From Candidatus Cloacimonadales bacterium (lineage in GTDB: Bacteria > Cloacimonadota > Cloacimonadia > Cloacimonadales > JAFGVF01), in NCBI GenBank assembly GCA_963678315.1, contig OY782781.1, forward strand, positions 2,304,001 through 2,368,000: a stretch of 64,000 bases of DNA, read 5' to 3'. The position numbers and the translations under genes are program-made. The notes beneath the pieces were generated by a model. It did not search any database. It was not told the origin of the DNA and was given only the letters and a program-made list of their open reading frames with translations. Shown here piece after piece: positions 29,792-38,563 of this stretch (the first letter of the stretch is position 1; each line of letters starts with the position of its first letter).

Positions 29792-30967
29792 TTAGAACTT
29801 TTCCTTAGCTAAGGTCATTATCTTTTTAATGGAATGCATGAATCTTTCACCATTAAATCTATCTTTAACAAAGTTATAACCATTTAAACCCCATTCAGGT
29901 AAACGTTCATTATGTGAATGAGCATATTCTAAAGCTTTTGCTAAAGCTTCAGGTGTGTGTTTTTTAACAAGAATTCCATTTTCTTCATGCTTCAACCAAT
30001 CAGAAATGCCTCCAACATTGAAAGCGACTACGGCTTTCTTTCTGCTAAATGCTTCAATCCCAATCAAACCGAAAGGTTCTTGCCATCTTGATGGGACTAT
30101 CACTAAATCACATGATTGATAGTATTTTTCTACTTGATCAGTCCACCCCACTAACTCAATCTTATTGTGTAATCCATATAAATTAATCTTATTTTCAAGG
30201 AAATCATAATCATTTCCCGTCCCAACAATTTTAAGATGGTAATCAAATGATAATTCACGGCATGCATCAATCAGCAAATCAACACCTTTACCGCGGATCA
30301 ACTGACCAACAAACAAGAATTGAGCTTTATATTCTTTGTGTTCATTTATAACTTGAGTCTCATTACTAATTTCATGAATCGGAAAAATACGATAAACTGT
30401 ATCCATATCCCATTGATTCTTTTCCAGATTCATTCTCATGTAATTAGATAAAACAATTGTAGCATCAGCATCTTTTATTTCTTTTAGTAAATCAACTTTA
30501 TGCTGAACATTAATAAAGCTATATCCCAACATGCTATCAGGATCTTTTTTTATCATTAATGAACATATCGAGCATATAAATTTACTTTGCGGTAAAGGAC
30601 AGTTAATCCTTTTTATTGGAAAATACTTATGTTTCCTAAAACAATAGAAGTCATGGTCATGAACTGTTACAACAGTAAAAAAGTTCTTATTCAATTCTGA
30701 AAGTAATTCTAAATTACTAATTTTATGTATAAACACAACATCAATATTTAGGTCATTTATCTGTGATATTAATCCACTAAAGTCTTTCTTTTTATGAAAG
30801 ATAATTTCATTGTAGATGTCACCAAAATCGCTTTGCTTATCTACTTTCCGTTCAAATAATCCATATAGTTCCCAGTTATGTTGCTTGAGTAAAGATCCAA
30901 CCTTATGGATATACCTTTCAATTCCCCCAACATAACCGAATATTTCGTTATAAATTAATGCTTTCAT
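29792..30967 (-). CDS. Glycosyltransferase family 4
   Basis: GGIERY, VGQLIRGKG, PSRWQEPFGLIGIEA. Confidence 0.92.
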   Translation of the reverse strand: MKALIYNEIFGYVGGIERYIHKVGSLLKQHNWELYGLFERKVDKQSDFGDIYNEIIFHKKKDFSGLISQINDLNIDVVFIHKISNLELLSELNKNFFTVVTVHDHDFYCFRKHKYFPIKRINCPLPQSKFICSICSLMIKKDPDSMLGYSFINVQHKVDLLKEIKDADATIVLSNYMRMNLEKNQWDMDTVYRIFPIHEISNETQVINEHKEYKAQFLFVGQLIRGKGVDLLIDACRELSFDYHLKIVGTGNDYDFLENKINLYGLHNKIELVGWTDQVEKYYQSCDLVIVPSRWQEPFGLIGIEAFSRKKAVVAFNVGGISDWLKHEENGILVKKHTPEALAKALEYAHSHNERLPEWGLNGYNFVKDRFNGERFMHSIKKIMTLAKEKF

Positions 30968-30970
30968 AAT

Positions 30971-33367
30971 TTATTTAGAGATTTTATCGTACACTCTTAA
31001 GTAAAGATCTGTTAGATATCTATAAGTATATTTTTTCTCTACTAATTCTTTTCCCGTTTGAGCTAATTCAGCTAACTTATCTTTTTCTTTATAAGCCTTA
31101 ATCATTTTTGAAGCACATGTTTTTGAATCTTCTCTTGGGAAGATATATCCATTTTTACCATCAACAACAAGATTAGGATCTACAACATCACTTTGAATAA
31201 CAGGGGTATCGCTAATCCAAGATTCAACAACCACAGCACCTGAATTCATAAATCTAACTGGTATGACATGGATATCACTATATCTTAACCAACCAAGGAC
31301 TTCATCTCTTTCAATCATTCCAGTAAATATGACCCTATCCATTAAGTTATTCTTTCTGATAAATTTTTGCATTTCATCATAAAACTCAGGCTCATAGTCA
31401 AATCTTCCGACAAATACAAGTTTTGAATTTGGAATTTCACTTGCGACCTGCTTAAAAGCTCGGAGAGCAATATCTTGGCCTTTAACATTACATATTCTAC
31501 CCAGAACTAAATAAACGAACTCACTTTCCTTAATATCATATTTTGCTTTAGGATTAATTTTTTGTCCTTTATATTCTTCAAGCAATATTGGAACAGGAGA
31601 ATATTCAACATTTTCGTTGTATTTTTTATAAAAATCAATTTCTTTATTGGAAATAGCAAATATATAATCAAATCTCTTTAAGAAGAATCTTTGTTTAGCT
31701 TTTGGTCGATGGAACCTTAATATGTCTGGATTGATAGAACCTTCCTTCTTAATTATTGATGCATAATCTAAATAATCAAATGATGCTAATACAATAGGAG
31801 TTTTTGATAATTTAGCTGCAAAGAAAGCTAACATATTATTAGGATTTAAAGCTGGAAAAACTTGTACTACATCATAGTGTCCGAACATAATCATTCCAAA
31901 CAAATCAGGACAGAAGGTCTTTGCTTTTTTGTTTGGATATAATTTTTTTCTGTTATAAGTATCCTTAAGTCTATAGACTGTAATACCATCTATGATTTCA
32001 ACTTGGGGTTTATCAATTCTCTTTGGACAAATAACAGTTACATCATTATCTTCAGCAAGCATTCTAGCTTGATAATAAATATTAGTCTCAGCACCACCAA
32101 CTTCAGGATAAAACCTGTTAGTAACAATAGCTATTCTTTTTCCAGTAGTAATCTTCATTTTACCTCCAAGTTTGTCTCTAATTTCACGTTTAGTTTCTTC
32201 ACTTGTGTATTCAATTAAGTTATGAGACACAACCTTTTCATCATAAGATTCTAAACATTTTTTATATAAGTTTTGTCCTAGTTCTTCTAGTTCATCTTCT
32301 TTCTTCAAATAATAGATAATTTTTGGAATCAGTCTTTCAATATCATCTTCTACCACAATCTCTGTATGATTAAAATCAAATCCTTCCGCACCAATATCTG
32401 TAGTTAATACTGGTCTTTTCAAAGCTCCTGCTTCTAAAATTCTAGTTCTAGTTCCTGAAGCAATTCTTATTGGTAACAATACCATCTTAGCACCCTTTAT
32501 ATAGGCATTGATATCATCAACAGGACCAATAATTTTAAAGTATTCATCATCATAATCATAATGCTGTGGCAGTGGATTCTTTCCGACAACCAATATCTTT
32601 AACTTCTTTTCTGATAAAACATACCTTATTACAGGATAAATTTGTTCTGCTAAGACTTCTAAAGCATCATTATTTGCAACTGAATTTAGTGTCCCAAAGA
32701 ATAATATATAATCTTCATCATTGCTAGCTACAGAATCTAATTCAATATTCTTCATCATATTAGGTATGATTTTAAAATTGTTTATCTTGTGTTCAATATT
32801 GTTTCTCTTAAGAACAGAATCTCTTTCAAAGTTATTGGTAAATAAAAAAGTGAAGTCATTTTGAAAAATCTCATTTTCGAATTTGATCAATTTAGTCTTT
32901 TCAAAATAGAAATATTTGTTTCTTATTGAGTGCTTTGTATCCCAATTCATTTGGGCTATTCGTGAGAATAACATATCTACATCAATGACAATTTTAACTT
33001 CAGGCAATATATCACTTGCAACTAAAGCAAGCATACTAGGAGATAAAAATCTTACAAATATAATATCATAGTTGTTTGATCTTAGAATTATTCCAAATTG
33101 TTCTATCTCTACTTTATTAAAATTGTATATTGCTTCTGATTTTGAACCTTCTTGTCTACATGTATTTATGTAAAAAGTTTTACCTTGGCATTGATGGTCA
33201 TTGATTACTTCATTTTCAATATTGTGTCTTTTTATCAACATCAAATCAGTGTCATAATTTTCTTTTAGTATATTCCATAGAAAATTTGACCTATTTTTAT
33301 CTCCACCATGCACACCACTGAAAGGAACATCGATATATAATAGTTTTTTTTTCACTTTTCCCACCAA
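30971..33367 (-). CDS. Tandem double GT4 glycosyltransferase fusion
   Basis: Two GT-B units: GGDKNR...GTRTRILEA, and RFYPEVGGAE...GRICNVKG...SGAVVVES. The true start may be the GTG at 33355. Confidence 0.85.
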   Translation of the reverse strand: MVGKVKKKLLYIDVPFSGVHGGDKNRSNFLWNILKENYDTDLMLIKRHNIENEVINDHQCQGKTFYINTCRQEGSKSEAIYNFNKVEIEQFGIILRSNNYDIIFVRFLSPSMLALVASDILPEVKIVIDVDMLFSRIAQMNWDTKHSIRNKYFYFEKTKLIKFENEIFQNDFTFLFTNNFERDSVLKRNNIEHKINNFKIIPNMMKNIELDSVASNDEDYILFFGTLNSVANNDALEVLAEQIYPVIRYVLSEKKLKILVVGKNPLPQHYDYDDEYFKIIGPVDDINAYIKGAKMVLLPIRIASGTRTRILEAGALKRPVLTTDIGAEGFDFNHTEIVVEDDIERLIPKIIYYLKKEDELEELGQNLYKKCLESYDEKVVSHNLIEYTSEETKREIRDKLGGKMKITTGKRIAIVTNRFYPEVGGAETNIYYQARMLAEDNDVTVICPKRIDKPQVEIIDGITVYRLKDTYNRKKLYPNKKAKTFCPDLFGMIMFGHYDVVQVFPALNPNNMLAFFAAKLSKTPIVLASFDYLDYASIIKKEGSINPDILRFHRPKAKQRFFLKRFDYIFAISNKEIDFYKKYNENVEYSPVPILLEEYKGQKINPKAKYDIKESEFVYLVLGRICNVKGQDIALRAFKQVASEIPNSKLVFVGRFDYEPEFYDEMQKFIRKNNLMDRVIFTGMIERDEVLGWLRYSDIHVIPVRFMNSGAVVVESWISDTPVIQSDVVDPNLVVDGKNGYIFPREDSKTCASKMIKAYKEKDKLAELAQTGKELVEKKYTYRYLTDLYLRVYDKISK

Positions 33368-33430
33368 AAAGAGCTTTATTTTTTTTAAAATTATAACTTC
33401 TTACTATAAGACTTAAACTTTACAATGTTA

Positions 33431-33458
33431 AATATAGTCTATAATAACATTTTATCAA
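33431..33458 (-). promoter_or_regulatory. Candidate sigma70 promoter of the EPS locus
   Basis: Minus strand TTGATA-N16-TATATT, about 65 bp upstream of the first gene. The AT-rich background weakens the call. Confidence 0.35.
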
Positions 33459-33605
33459 GATATTTTTTTTAAAATTAACATATACTCTCTGATGATGAAT
33501 AATATTTGCTCTGAATTTGCTAAAAATGATTAAACCATTTTGCAAGCTTTCAAAAATCCTAATTCATTACAAGGACTCAATTTAAATCATGGCTCATTAA
33601 AGATA

Positions 33606-34066
33606 TGTCCTTACAGGACAAAACCTTTTCTGTAGATACACACGGACCTGTGTATCATGAAGTTCATGAAAATGAACGAAAAAAAACATTTGATAAACGA
33701 TAATAATGCTTATTATCATCTAGACAAACGTCCCTTCGTCTCTACAATAACTATCGGTGGATGCTTACACTCCATCACCATCTAGGTACACAAGCTTCTA
33801 GCTTTGTATCTGCAATTTCACTTATTACTACGTTCTAAGTGAAGCCAGCTATCCGGCAGTAGCCGGACTAAAGGCAAAGCGTTCCCAGTAACTCCATCCT
33901 TACTTGCCACCTTGAAAAAAAGCCGATTTTTCAAGGTGGCAAGTAAGGGTACCGAAAGGTCGGAGGAAATTAATGCTTACACAAAGGGAAGATACTATTT
34001 CAGCATTCCTTATAAAAGCTGATTTTGCAAGCATGGATTGTAACTGACGAAGAATCTTGCTTGCAA
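33606..34066. repeat. Cluster of diverse REP-like hairpins
   Basis: About ten adjacent inverted repeats, e.g. GTAGATACACA-CGGACC-TGTGTATC, rc GTAGAGACGAAGGGACGTTTGTCTA, TCCGGC-AGTA-GCCGGA, TTCACTTA...TAAGTGAA. Confidence 0.6.
33898..33948. repeat. Dispersed palindromic repeat, copy B (perfect 22-bp arms)
   Basis: CCTTACTTGCCACCTTGAAAAA-AAGCCGA-TTTTTCAAGGTGGCAAGTAAGG. Confidence 0.9.
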
Positions 34067-34070
34067 TCCC

Positions 34071-34109
34071 AAAATAAAATAGAGAGTATTGCAGTAACAA
34101 TACTCTCTA
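34071..34109 (-). terminator. Intrinsic terminator for the HMA-like lipoprotein gene
   Basis: TAGAGAGTATTG-CAGTAA-CAATACTCTCTA hairpin followed by TTTTATTTT on the minus strand. Confidence 0.65.
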
Positions 34110-34146
34110 AAACTTTATATAAGCTTTTAAATTTTATACTAGTTTA

Positions 34147-34629
34147 TTAACCTTTCCTAGATTTCTTTTTACTAGTAACTTTGCCTTTTTCCTTTAAGCT
34201 TGCAGTTCTATATCTACAGTTTTCAGGCAATTTCTTATAATCTTCAACTTTTGCCATATACTTTTCATTGTTATATTTTGAGTCAAAACCTTCTTTAACA
34301 ACTGCATGAACAACAAGATTCCAATCAACATTATCAAAAGCAGATACTTCAAGAACTTTTTTCTCCATGTTCCATTCAGCCTTAGTAACTCCAGCAACTG
34401 ATTTAGCTGCTTTTTCTATTAATGATTTAGACATTTCTCCTTTGCCATCAACTTCAAAGCTAGTTGTGATTTGTTTTTTCATTTTTTGTGGTTTCGGTTT
34501 AATCTTATCATTCACTTCTGTAGCTTTCTTTTCAATAGCGTTAGTAACTTCTTTTTCAGATTCTTTCTTTCCATTACAGCCAAGCAATAAGACTGATGCT
34601 AAAGCAAGAGATAGTATTATTTTTTTCAT
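34147..34629 (-). CDS. Lipoprotein with an HMA-like domain lacking the metal-binding cysteines
   Basis: Lipobox LLGC. FEVDGKGEMSKSLIEKAAKSVAGV...GFDS...YKKLPENCRY aligns by eye to Bacteroidetes-type HMA domains (GNCGMCK.RIE...LP.CC.Y). Confidence 0.7.
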   Translation of the reverse strand: MKKIILSLALASVLLLGCNGKKESEKEVTNAIEKKATEVNDKIKPKPQKMKKQITTSFEVDGKGEMSKSLIEKAAKSVAGVTKAEWNMEKKVLEVSAFDNVDWNLVVHAVVKEGFDSKYNNEKYMAKVEDYKKLPENCRYRTASLKEKGKVTSKKKSRKG

Positions 34630-34660
34630 ATCTTCAAATACTCCTTATCAATTTGTATAG

Positions 34661-34689
34661 ATTTTGTGTTTATCATTCTTATATGTCAA
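34661..34689 (-). promoter_or_regulatory. Candidate sigma70 promoter for the HMA-like gene
   Basis: Minus strand TTGACA-N17-CAAAAT. Confidence 0.45.
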
Positions 34690-34728
34690 GATAATTATTA
34701 AATCTTAGTTGAATTTTGGGCATTTTCC

Positions 34729-34757
34729 TTGACAGAAATACTAGTAGCAAATATAAA
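34729..34757 (+). promoter_or_regulatory. Sigma70 promoter of the ribH-nusB operon
   Basis: TTGACA-N17-TATAAA, 31 bp upstream of the ribH ATG. Confidence 0.6.
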
Positions 34758-34788
34758 TTCTCATTATTAATATTAATATGGAGCTGAA

Positions 34789-35253
34789 ATGTATAAAACT
34801 ATTCAAGGTGAACTAACTGTTGAAGATGCAAAATTCTGCATTGTTGTAGCTAGATTCAATGAATTTATTGGTAGTAAATTGTTAGCAGGAGCTATAGATT
34901 GTTTGGTTCGCCATGGTGCTGTTGAAGAAGACATAAGTGTTGTGTGGGTTCCAGGAGCTTTCGAGATACCTTTAACAGCAAAAAAACTTGCAAAAAGAAA
35001 TGAATTCTCTGCAATTATATGCCTAGGAGCAGTTATTAGAGGTGCAACACCTCACTTTGATTATGTTTCAAACGAAGTGGCAAAAGGAATTGGTGTTGTT
35101 GGTTTAGAAACTGAAACTCCTGTTGTTTTTGGTGTTTTGACTACTGATACAATAGAACAAGCAATTGAAAGAGCAGGAACAAAAGCCGGAAATAAAGGTT
35201 GGGATTCTGCTTTAACTGCAATTGAACTCAGCAACCTATATAAAAGGATCTAA
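34789..35253 (+). CDS. ribH: 6,7-dimethyl-8-ribityllumazine synthase
   Basis: [30 protein letters not shown]. Confidence 0.97.
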   Translation: MYKTIQGELTVEDAKFCIVVARFNEFIGSKLLAGAIDCLVRHGAVEEDISVVWVPGAFEIPLTAKKLAKRNEFSAIICLGAVIRGATPHFDYVSNEVAKGIGVVGLETETPVVFGVLTTDTIEQAIERAGTKAGNKGWDSALTAIELSNLYKRI

Positions 35254-35260
35254 ATAAAAA

Positions 35261-35722
35261 ATGGGAATGAGAAGAAAAGGTAGAGAAATAACTCTACAGG
35301 TGTTGTATTCATTAGATTTTCCTGACAATAAAGATTCAATTGACTCTTATGATGCTTTCAACTATTATCAAGATCAGTTGATTGCTAGATGTTTAGCAGA
35401 AAATGTTAAAATAAACTCCTCTGTATATGAGTTTTCAGAAGAGTTAATTAAGAACACTCTCATTAATATTGAAGAGATTGATAAAATCATTGTAGAACAA
35501 TGTGACAACTGGGACTTTGATAGATTAGCAGTGATAGACAGAAACATTTTAAGAATGGCTACCTATGAAATAATATTCAAGAGAGTACACCCAGCAATCA
35601 TTATTAATGAAGCTATAGAAATTAGTAAGAAATTTAGCACAGAAAAGTCTGGAAAATTCATTAATGGCATCTTAGATTCTATATACAAAAAAGCTAAAGA
35701 GAATTTCGAGGATAATGCTTAA
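35261..35722 (+). CDS. nusB: Transcription antitermination factor NusB
   Basis: RRKGRE, WDFDRLAVIDRNILR, INEAIEISKKF, FINGILD; canonical position after ribH. Confidence 0.96.
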   Translation: MGMRRKGREITLQVLYSLDFPDNKDSIDSYDAFNYYQDQLIARCLAENVKINSSVYEFSEELIKNTLINIEEIDKIIVEQCDNWDFDRLAVIDRNILRMATYEIIFKRVHPAIIINEAIEISKKFSTEKSGKFINGILDSIYKKAKENFEDNA

Positions 35723-36602
35723 GTGTAGTATTGGTATTATTGCCTACAATGAAGAAAAAAATATAGGGCCTTTACTTGATAGAGTTTTATCGGAAAAATA
35801 TGATGAGATTTCTATTGATGAAGTAATTGTAGTATCTAGTGCGTGTACTGACGATACTAACAATATAGTAAGCGATTATATGAAAAAAGATTCTCGCTTA
35901 TCATTAATTACTGAAAGTAAAAGAAATGGTAAATCTTCTGCAATTAATCTCTTCTTGAAAAATTCTACGAATGAGATATTAATCATTGAAAGCGCTGATA
36001 CTATCCCTTACCAGGATACAATCAAAAAGATGGTCCTTCCTTTCAAAGACCCAAAAGTTGGGATGACTGGTGGTCGTCCAGTTCCTGTTAATAGTGAAAA
36101 AACTTTTGCAGGCTATGCAGTTAACTTACTCTGGCGATTGCATCACAAGATGGCATTAATCTCTCCTAAACTTGGAGAAATGATAGCTTTTAGAAGAGTC
36201 TTTGACTCGATTCCTCCTGAATCTGCAGTAGATGAAGCAAGTATAGAAGCTGAAATTGTTAAAAAAGGTCTGATAAAGAAATATATCCCTAATGCAAAAG
36301 TAATGAATAAAGGTCCTGAAGATATAAAAGGATTTATAACTCAAAGAAAAAGAATAGAGGCTGGACATTTGTGGCTAATTAAGAATAATAACTATAAAGT
36401 TGTCTCACAAGAGGCTAATGTTCTTATATCCCTATTCATTTCAGAAATAAAAGCAAGACCACTAAAAATTCATTATACAATAGGAGTAATCCTAGTAGAA
36501 ATCTATTCAAGACTTTTAGGAAAATATGATTTTTACATAAAGAAGACAAACCCTTTCACATGGGAAATTGTTCAATCAACAAAGAACTTAAAGAAGAAAT
36601 AA
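35715..36602 (+). CDS. Glycosyltransferase family 2
   Basis: IIAYNEE, GKSSAIN, SAD, GGRP, QRKR. Confidence 0.88.
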   Translation: MLKCSIGIIAYNEEKNIGPLLDRVLSEKYDEISIDEVIVVSSACTDDTNNIVSDYMKKDSRLSLITESKRNGKSSAINLFLKNSTNEILIIESADTIPYQDTIKKMVLPFKDPKVGMTGGRPVPVNSEKTFAGYAVNLLWRLHHKMALISPKLGEMIAFRRVFDSIPPESAVDEASIEAEIVKKGLIKKYIPNAKVMNKGPEDIKGFITQRKRIEAGHLWLIKNNNYKVVSQEANVLISLFISEIKARPLKIHYTIGVILVEIYSRLLGKYDFYIKKTNPFTWEIVQSTKNLKKK

Positions 36603-36603
36603 A

Positions 36604-37686
36604 ATGTTATCACTTTTACCTAAAATAGTTGGATATAAATTATACAAATATATCGGCTTACCACATATTTTACCAATGAATTATACTGTAAGTTTATTAT
36701 ATGATTGCAATTCTCGATGCTCAACATGTAATATTTGGAAAAAGAAAACAGAAAGATTATCAGTTGAACAATATAAAAAGATATTTAAGAAAGTGGGTAA
36801 ATCACCATATTGGATAACTTTTTCTGGAGGAGAACCATTCTTAAGGAACGATATTGTTGAAGTTATAACTGAGATTTATAAAGTTTCTAAACCTAAAATA
36901 ATTAACATTCCATCAAATGGTATTCTTACTAAGAAGATTGTTGAAAACGTTAAAGCAATAACCCATAATTGCAAGAAAGCTCAGATTGTTATTAACCTAT
37001 CTATTGATGCTATTGGTCCAGATCACGATAAAATTAGAAATGTTCCTGGCAACTATGCAAAAGTTATTGCTACCTACAATAGATTGAAAAGATTAGATGC
37101 AAATAATTTATCAGTAGGAATTCACACAGTAATATCCAACTTTAATGTCAGCAACTTCTCAAACATTGCACGTGAGTTAATGGAAATGAACCCAGATTCT
37201 TATATCACTGAGATTGCTGAAGAACGTGTTGAATTAGACACTATCGGCACTAATATTACCCCAAATATGATTAAATATAAATCTGCAATAGACTTTCTTA
37301 TTCATAGAATCAAGAATGGTAATTACTCAGGACTTCAAAAAATAACAATGGCATTTCGTGTAGAATATTATAACTTAGTTAAAAAAGTATTGAGAGATAA
37401 GACTCAGATTATTCCATGCTATGCAGGTATTGCATCTTGTCAGATATCACCTAATGGAGATGTTTGGTCTTGTTGTATTAAGGCAAAATCATTGGGTAAC
37501 TTAGTAGAAAAGAACTACAATTTTAAGAAGATATGGTTCTCTAGAGAATTTGCTAGAGAAAGAATTTCTATTCATAATAAAGAATGCTATTGCCCATTAG
37601 CTAATGCCTCATATACCAATATGTTAATGGATTTCCCTACATTATGGAGAGTTTTCTATCGTTCTTTTATAAAATGGTGGAGATAG
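36604..37686 (+). CDS. Radical SAM protein with SPASM/twitch domain
   Basis: CNSRCSTC (CX3CX2C), SGGEPF, CYAG...GDVWSCC...CYC. Confidence 0.9.
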   Translation: MLSLLPKIVGYKLYKYIGLPHILPMNYTVSLLYDCNSRCSTCNIWKKKTERLSVEQYKKIFKKVGKSPYWITFSGGEPFLRNDIVEVITEIYKVSKPKIINIPSNGILTKKIVENVKAITHNCKKAQIVINLSIDAIGPDHDKIRNVPGNYAKVIATYNRLKRLDANNLSVGIHTVISNFNVSNFSNIARELMEMNPDSYITEIAEERVELDTIGTNITPNMIKYKSAIDFLIHRIKNGNYSGLQKITMAFRVEYYNLVKKVLRDKTQIIPCYAGIASCQISPNGDVWSCCIKAKSLGNLVEKNYNFKKIWFSREFARERISIHNKECYCPLANASYTNMLMDFPTLWRVFYRSFIKWWR

Positions 37687-37687
37687 C

Positions 37688-38302
37688 TTGATTACTTTAA
37701 GTTCAATCTCATCCTCACATAAAAGTCGCATTGTAAGCACTGATTTTCATCCAACCTGTAAAGATGCCTATTTCTTTATAATTCAATATTTTGAAGAAAG
37801 TCCCGATGTAACAAAAATACTAGGAAAAACACTTGATGACTTCATAAAATTCAAGAACTCTAATCCTAATCCTAGCGACTCTGAGTTAAAGGAATTCTTC
37901 AATACATTGAATTGGGTGGTGGCTAGTCTATTTAATAAAACTACGATTTCCCAGAAAGGACTTTCACTTGCTTATGTTAAAATGAGAAACAACTCCCTAA
38001 AAATAATTAGGTATGGAAGAATCTTATTGGGTATCGAAGACAGTAAAGGCTTTAGGAATATCGGTCCTGAATGGAAGAATCATACTGTTGTATCTTATGA
38101 TGGGCTGAAACTCTTAGGGACAAAATCAGAAGATTTGTATCCGGAATTATATCAAATTGACTTGCAAGGCAAGGGTACATTTGTCTTACTTGATAGCAAT
38201 GGAGCTAATTTATTCATAGAGAATCAGATTAAACTCAAGACATCAGGTCATACACATTTTATACTGAACTATGATGTTTTAAAAACACAAAAGAAAAAGT
38301 AA
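37688..38302 (+). CDS. Hypothetical protein, possibly a degenerate PP2C/PPM-fold protein
   Basis: GLSLAYVKMRNNSLKIIRYGR resembles GTT...GDSR; GTFVLLDSNG resembles GD.LLLCSDG; the catalytic Asp residues are absent. Confidence 0.5.
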   Translation: MITLSSISSSHKSRIVSTDFHPTCKDAYFFIIQYFEESPDVTKILGKTLDDFIKFKNSNPNPSDSELKEFFNTLNWVVASLFNKTTISQKGLSLAYVKMRNNSLKIIRYGRILLGIEDSKGFRNIGPEWKNHTVVSYDGLKLLGTKSEDLYPELYQIDLQGKGTFVLLDSNGANLFIENQIKLKTSGHTHFILNYDVLKTQKKK

Positions 38303-38563
38303 GACTCAAATTTTATTATTTATCAGGATTTTTAATCTAATATTGGACTATTTTTATTACTGGCTATATACCTTTTTTACAACAATTTATTATTTGTAAA
38401 TGTCCTATAAATACTTATTATTAAATAGCAAAATCAATTAGTTAAAAAAATAATCAAAATATTATTAAATATTTCTGGACAAATTAACATAAGATTAAGA
38501 AATGGGCAATGATAGTTTTTAAAGTGTTAGTAAATTACTAAAATATATAATTAATTAGGAGCT

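Noticed and set aside
33368..33605. Sigma54 promoter for the EPS locus, as in Vibrio syp
   Set aside because: No TGGCAC-N5-TTGC motif was found by eye on the minus strand.
33900..34100. 66-aa ORF on the minus strand
   Set aside because: It starts inside a terminator hairpin and runs through the palindromic repeat; no protein features.
33606..34110. Possible CRISPR array, tRNA or known riboswitch in the hairpin tract
   Set aside because: No direct repeats with regular spacers, no cas genes, no cloverleaf/T-loop and no riboswitch consensus that I can recognise.
34630..34788. FMN riboswitch upstream of ribH
   Set aside because: The short AT-rich gap is occupied by divergent promoters and has no RFN consensus.
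38303..38410. Hydrophobic in-frame continuation (NIGLFLLLAIYLFY...) after the PP2C-like ORF, suggesting a decayed TM tail or read-through
   Set aside because: It needs passage through two TAA stops, and AT-rich DNA commonly translates as hydrophobic sequence.
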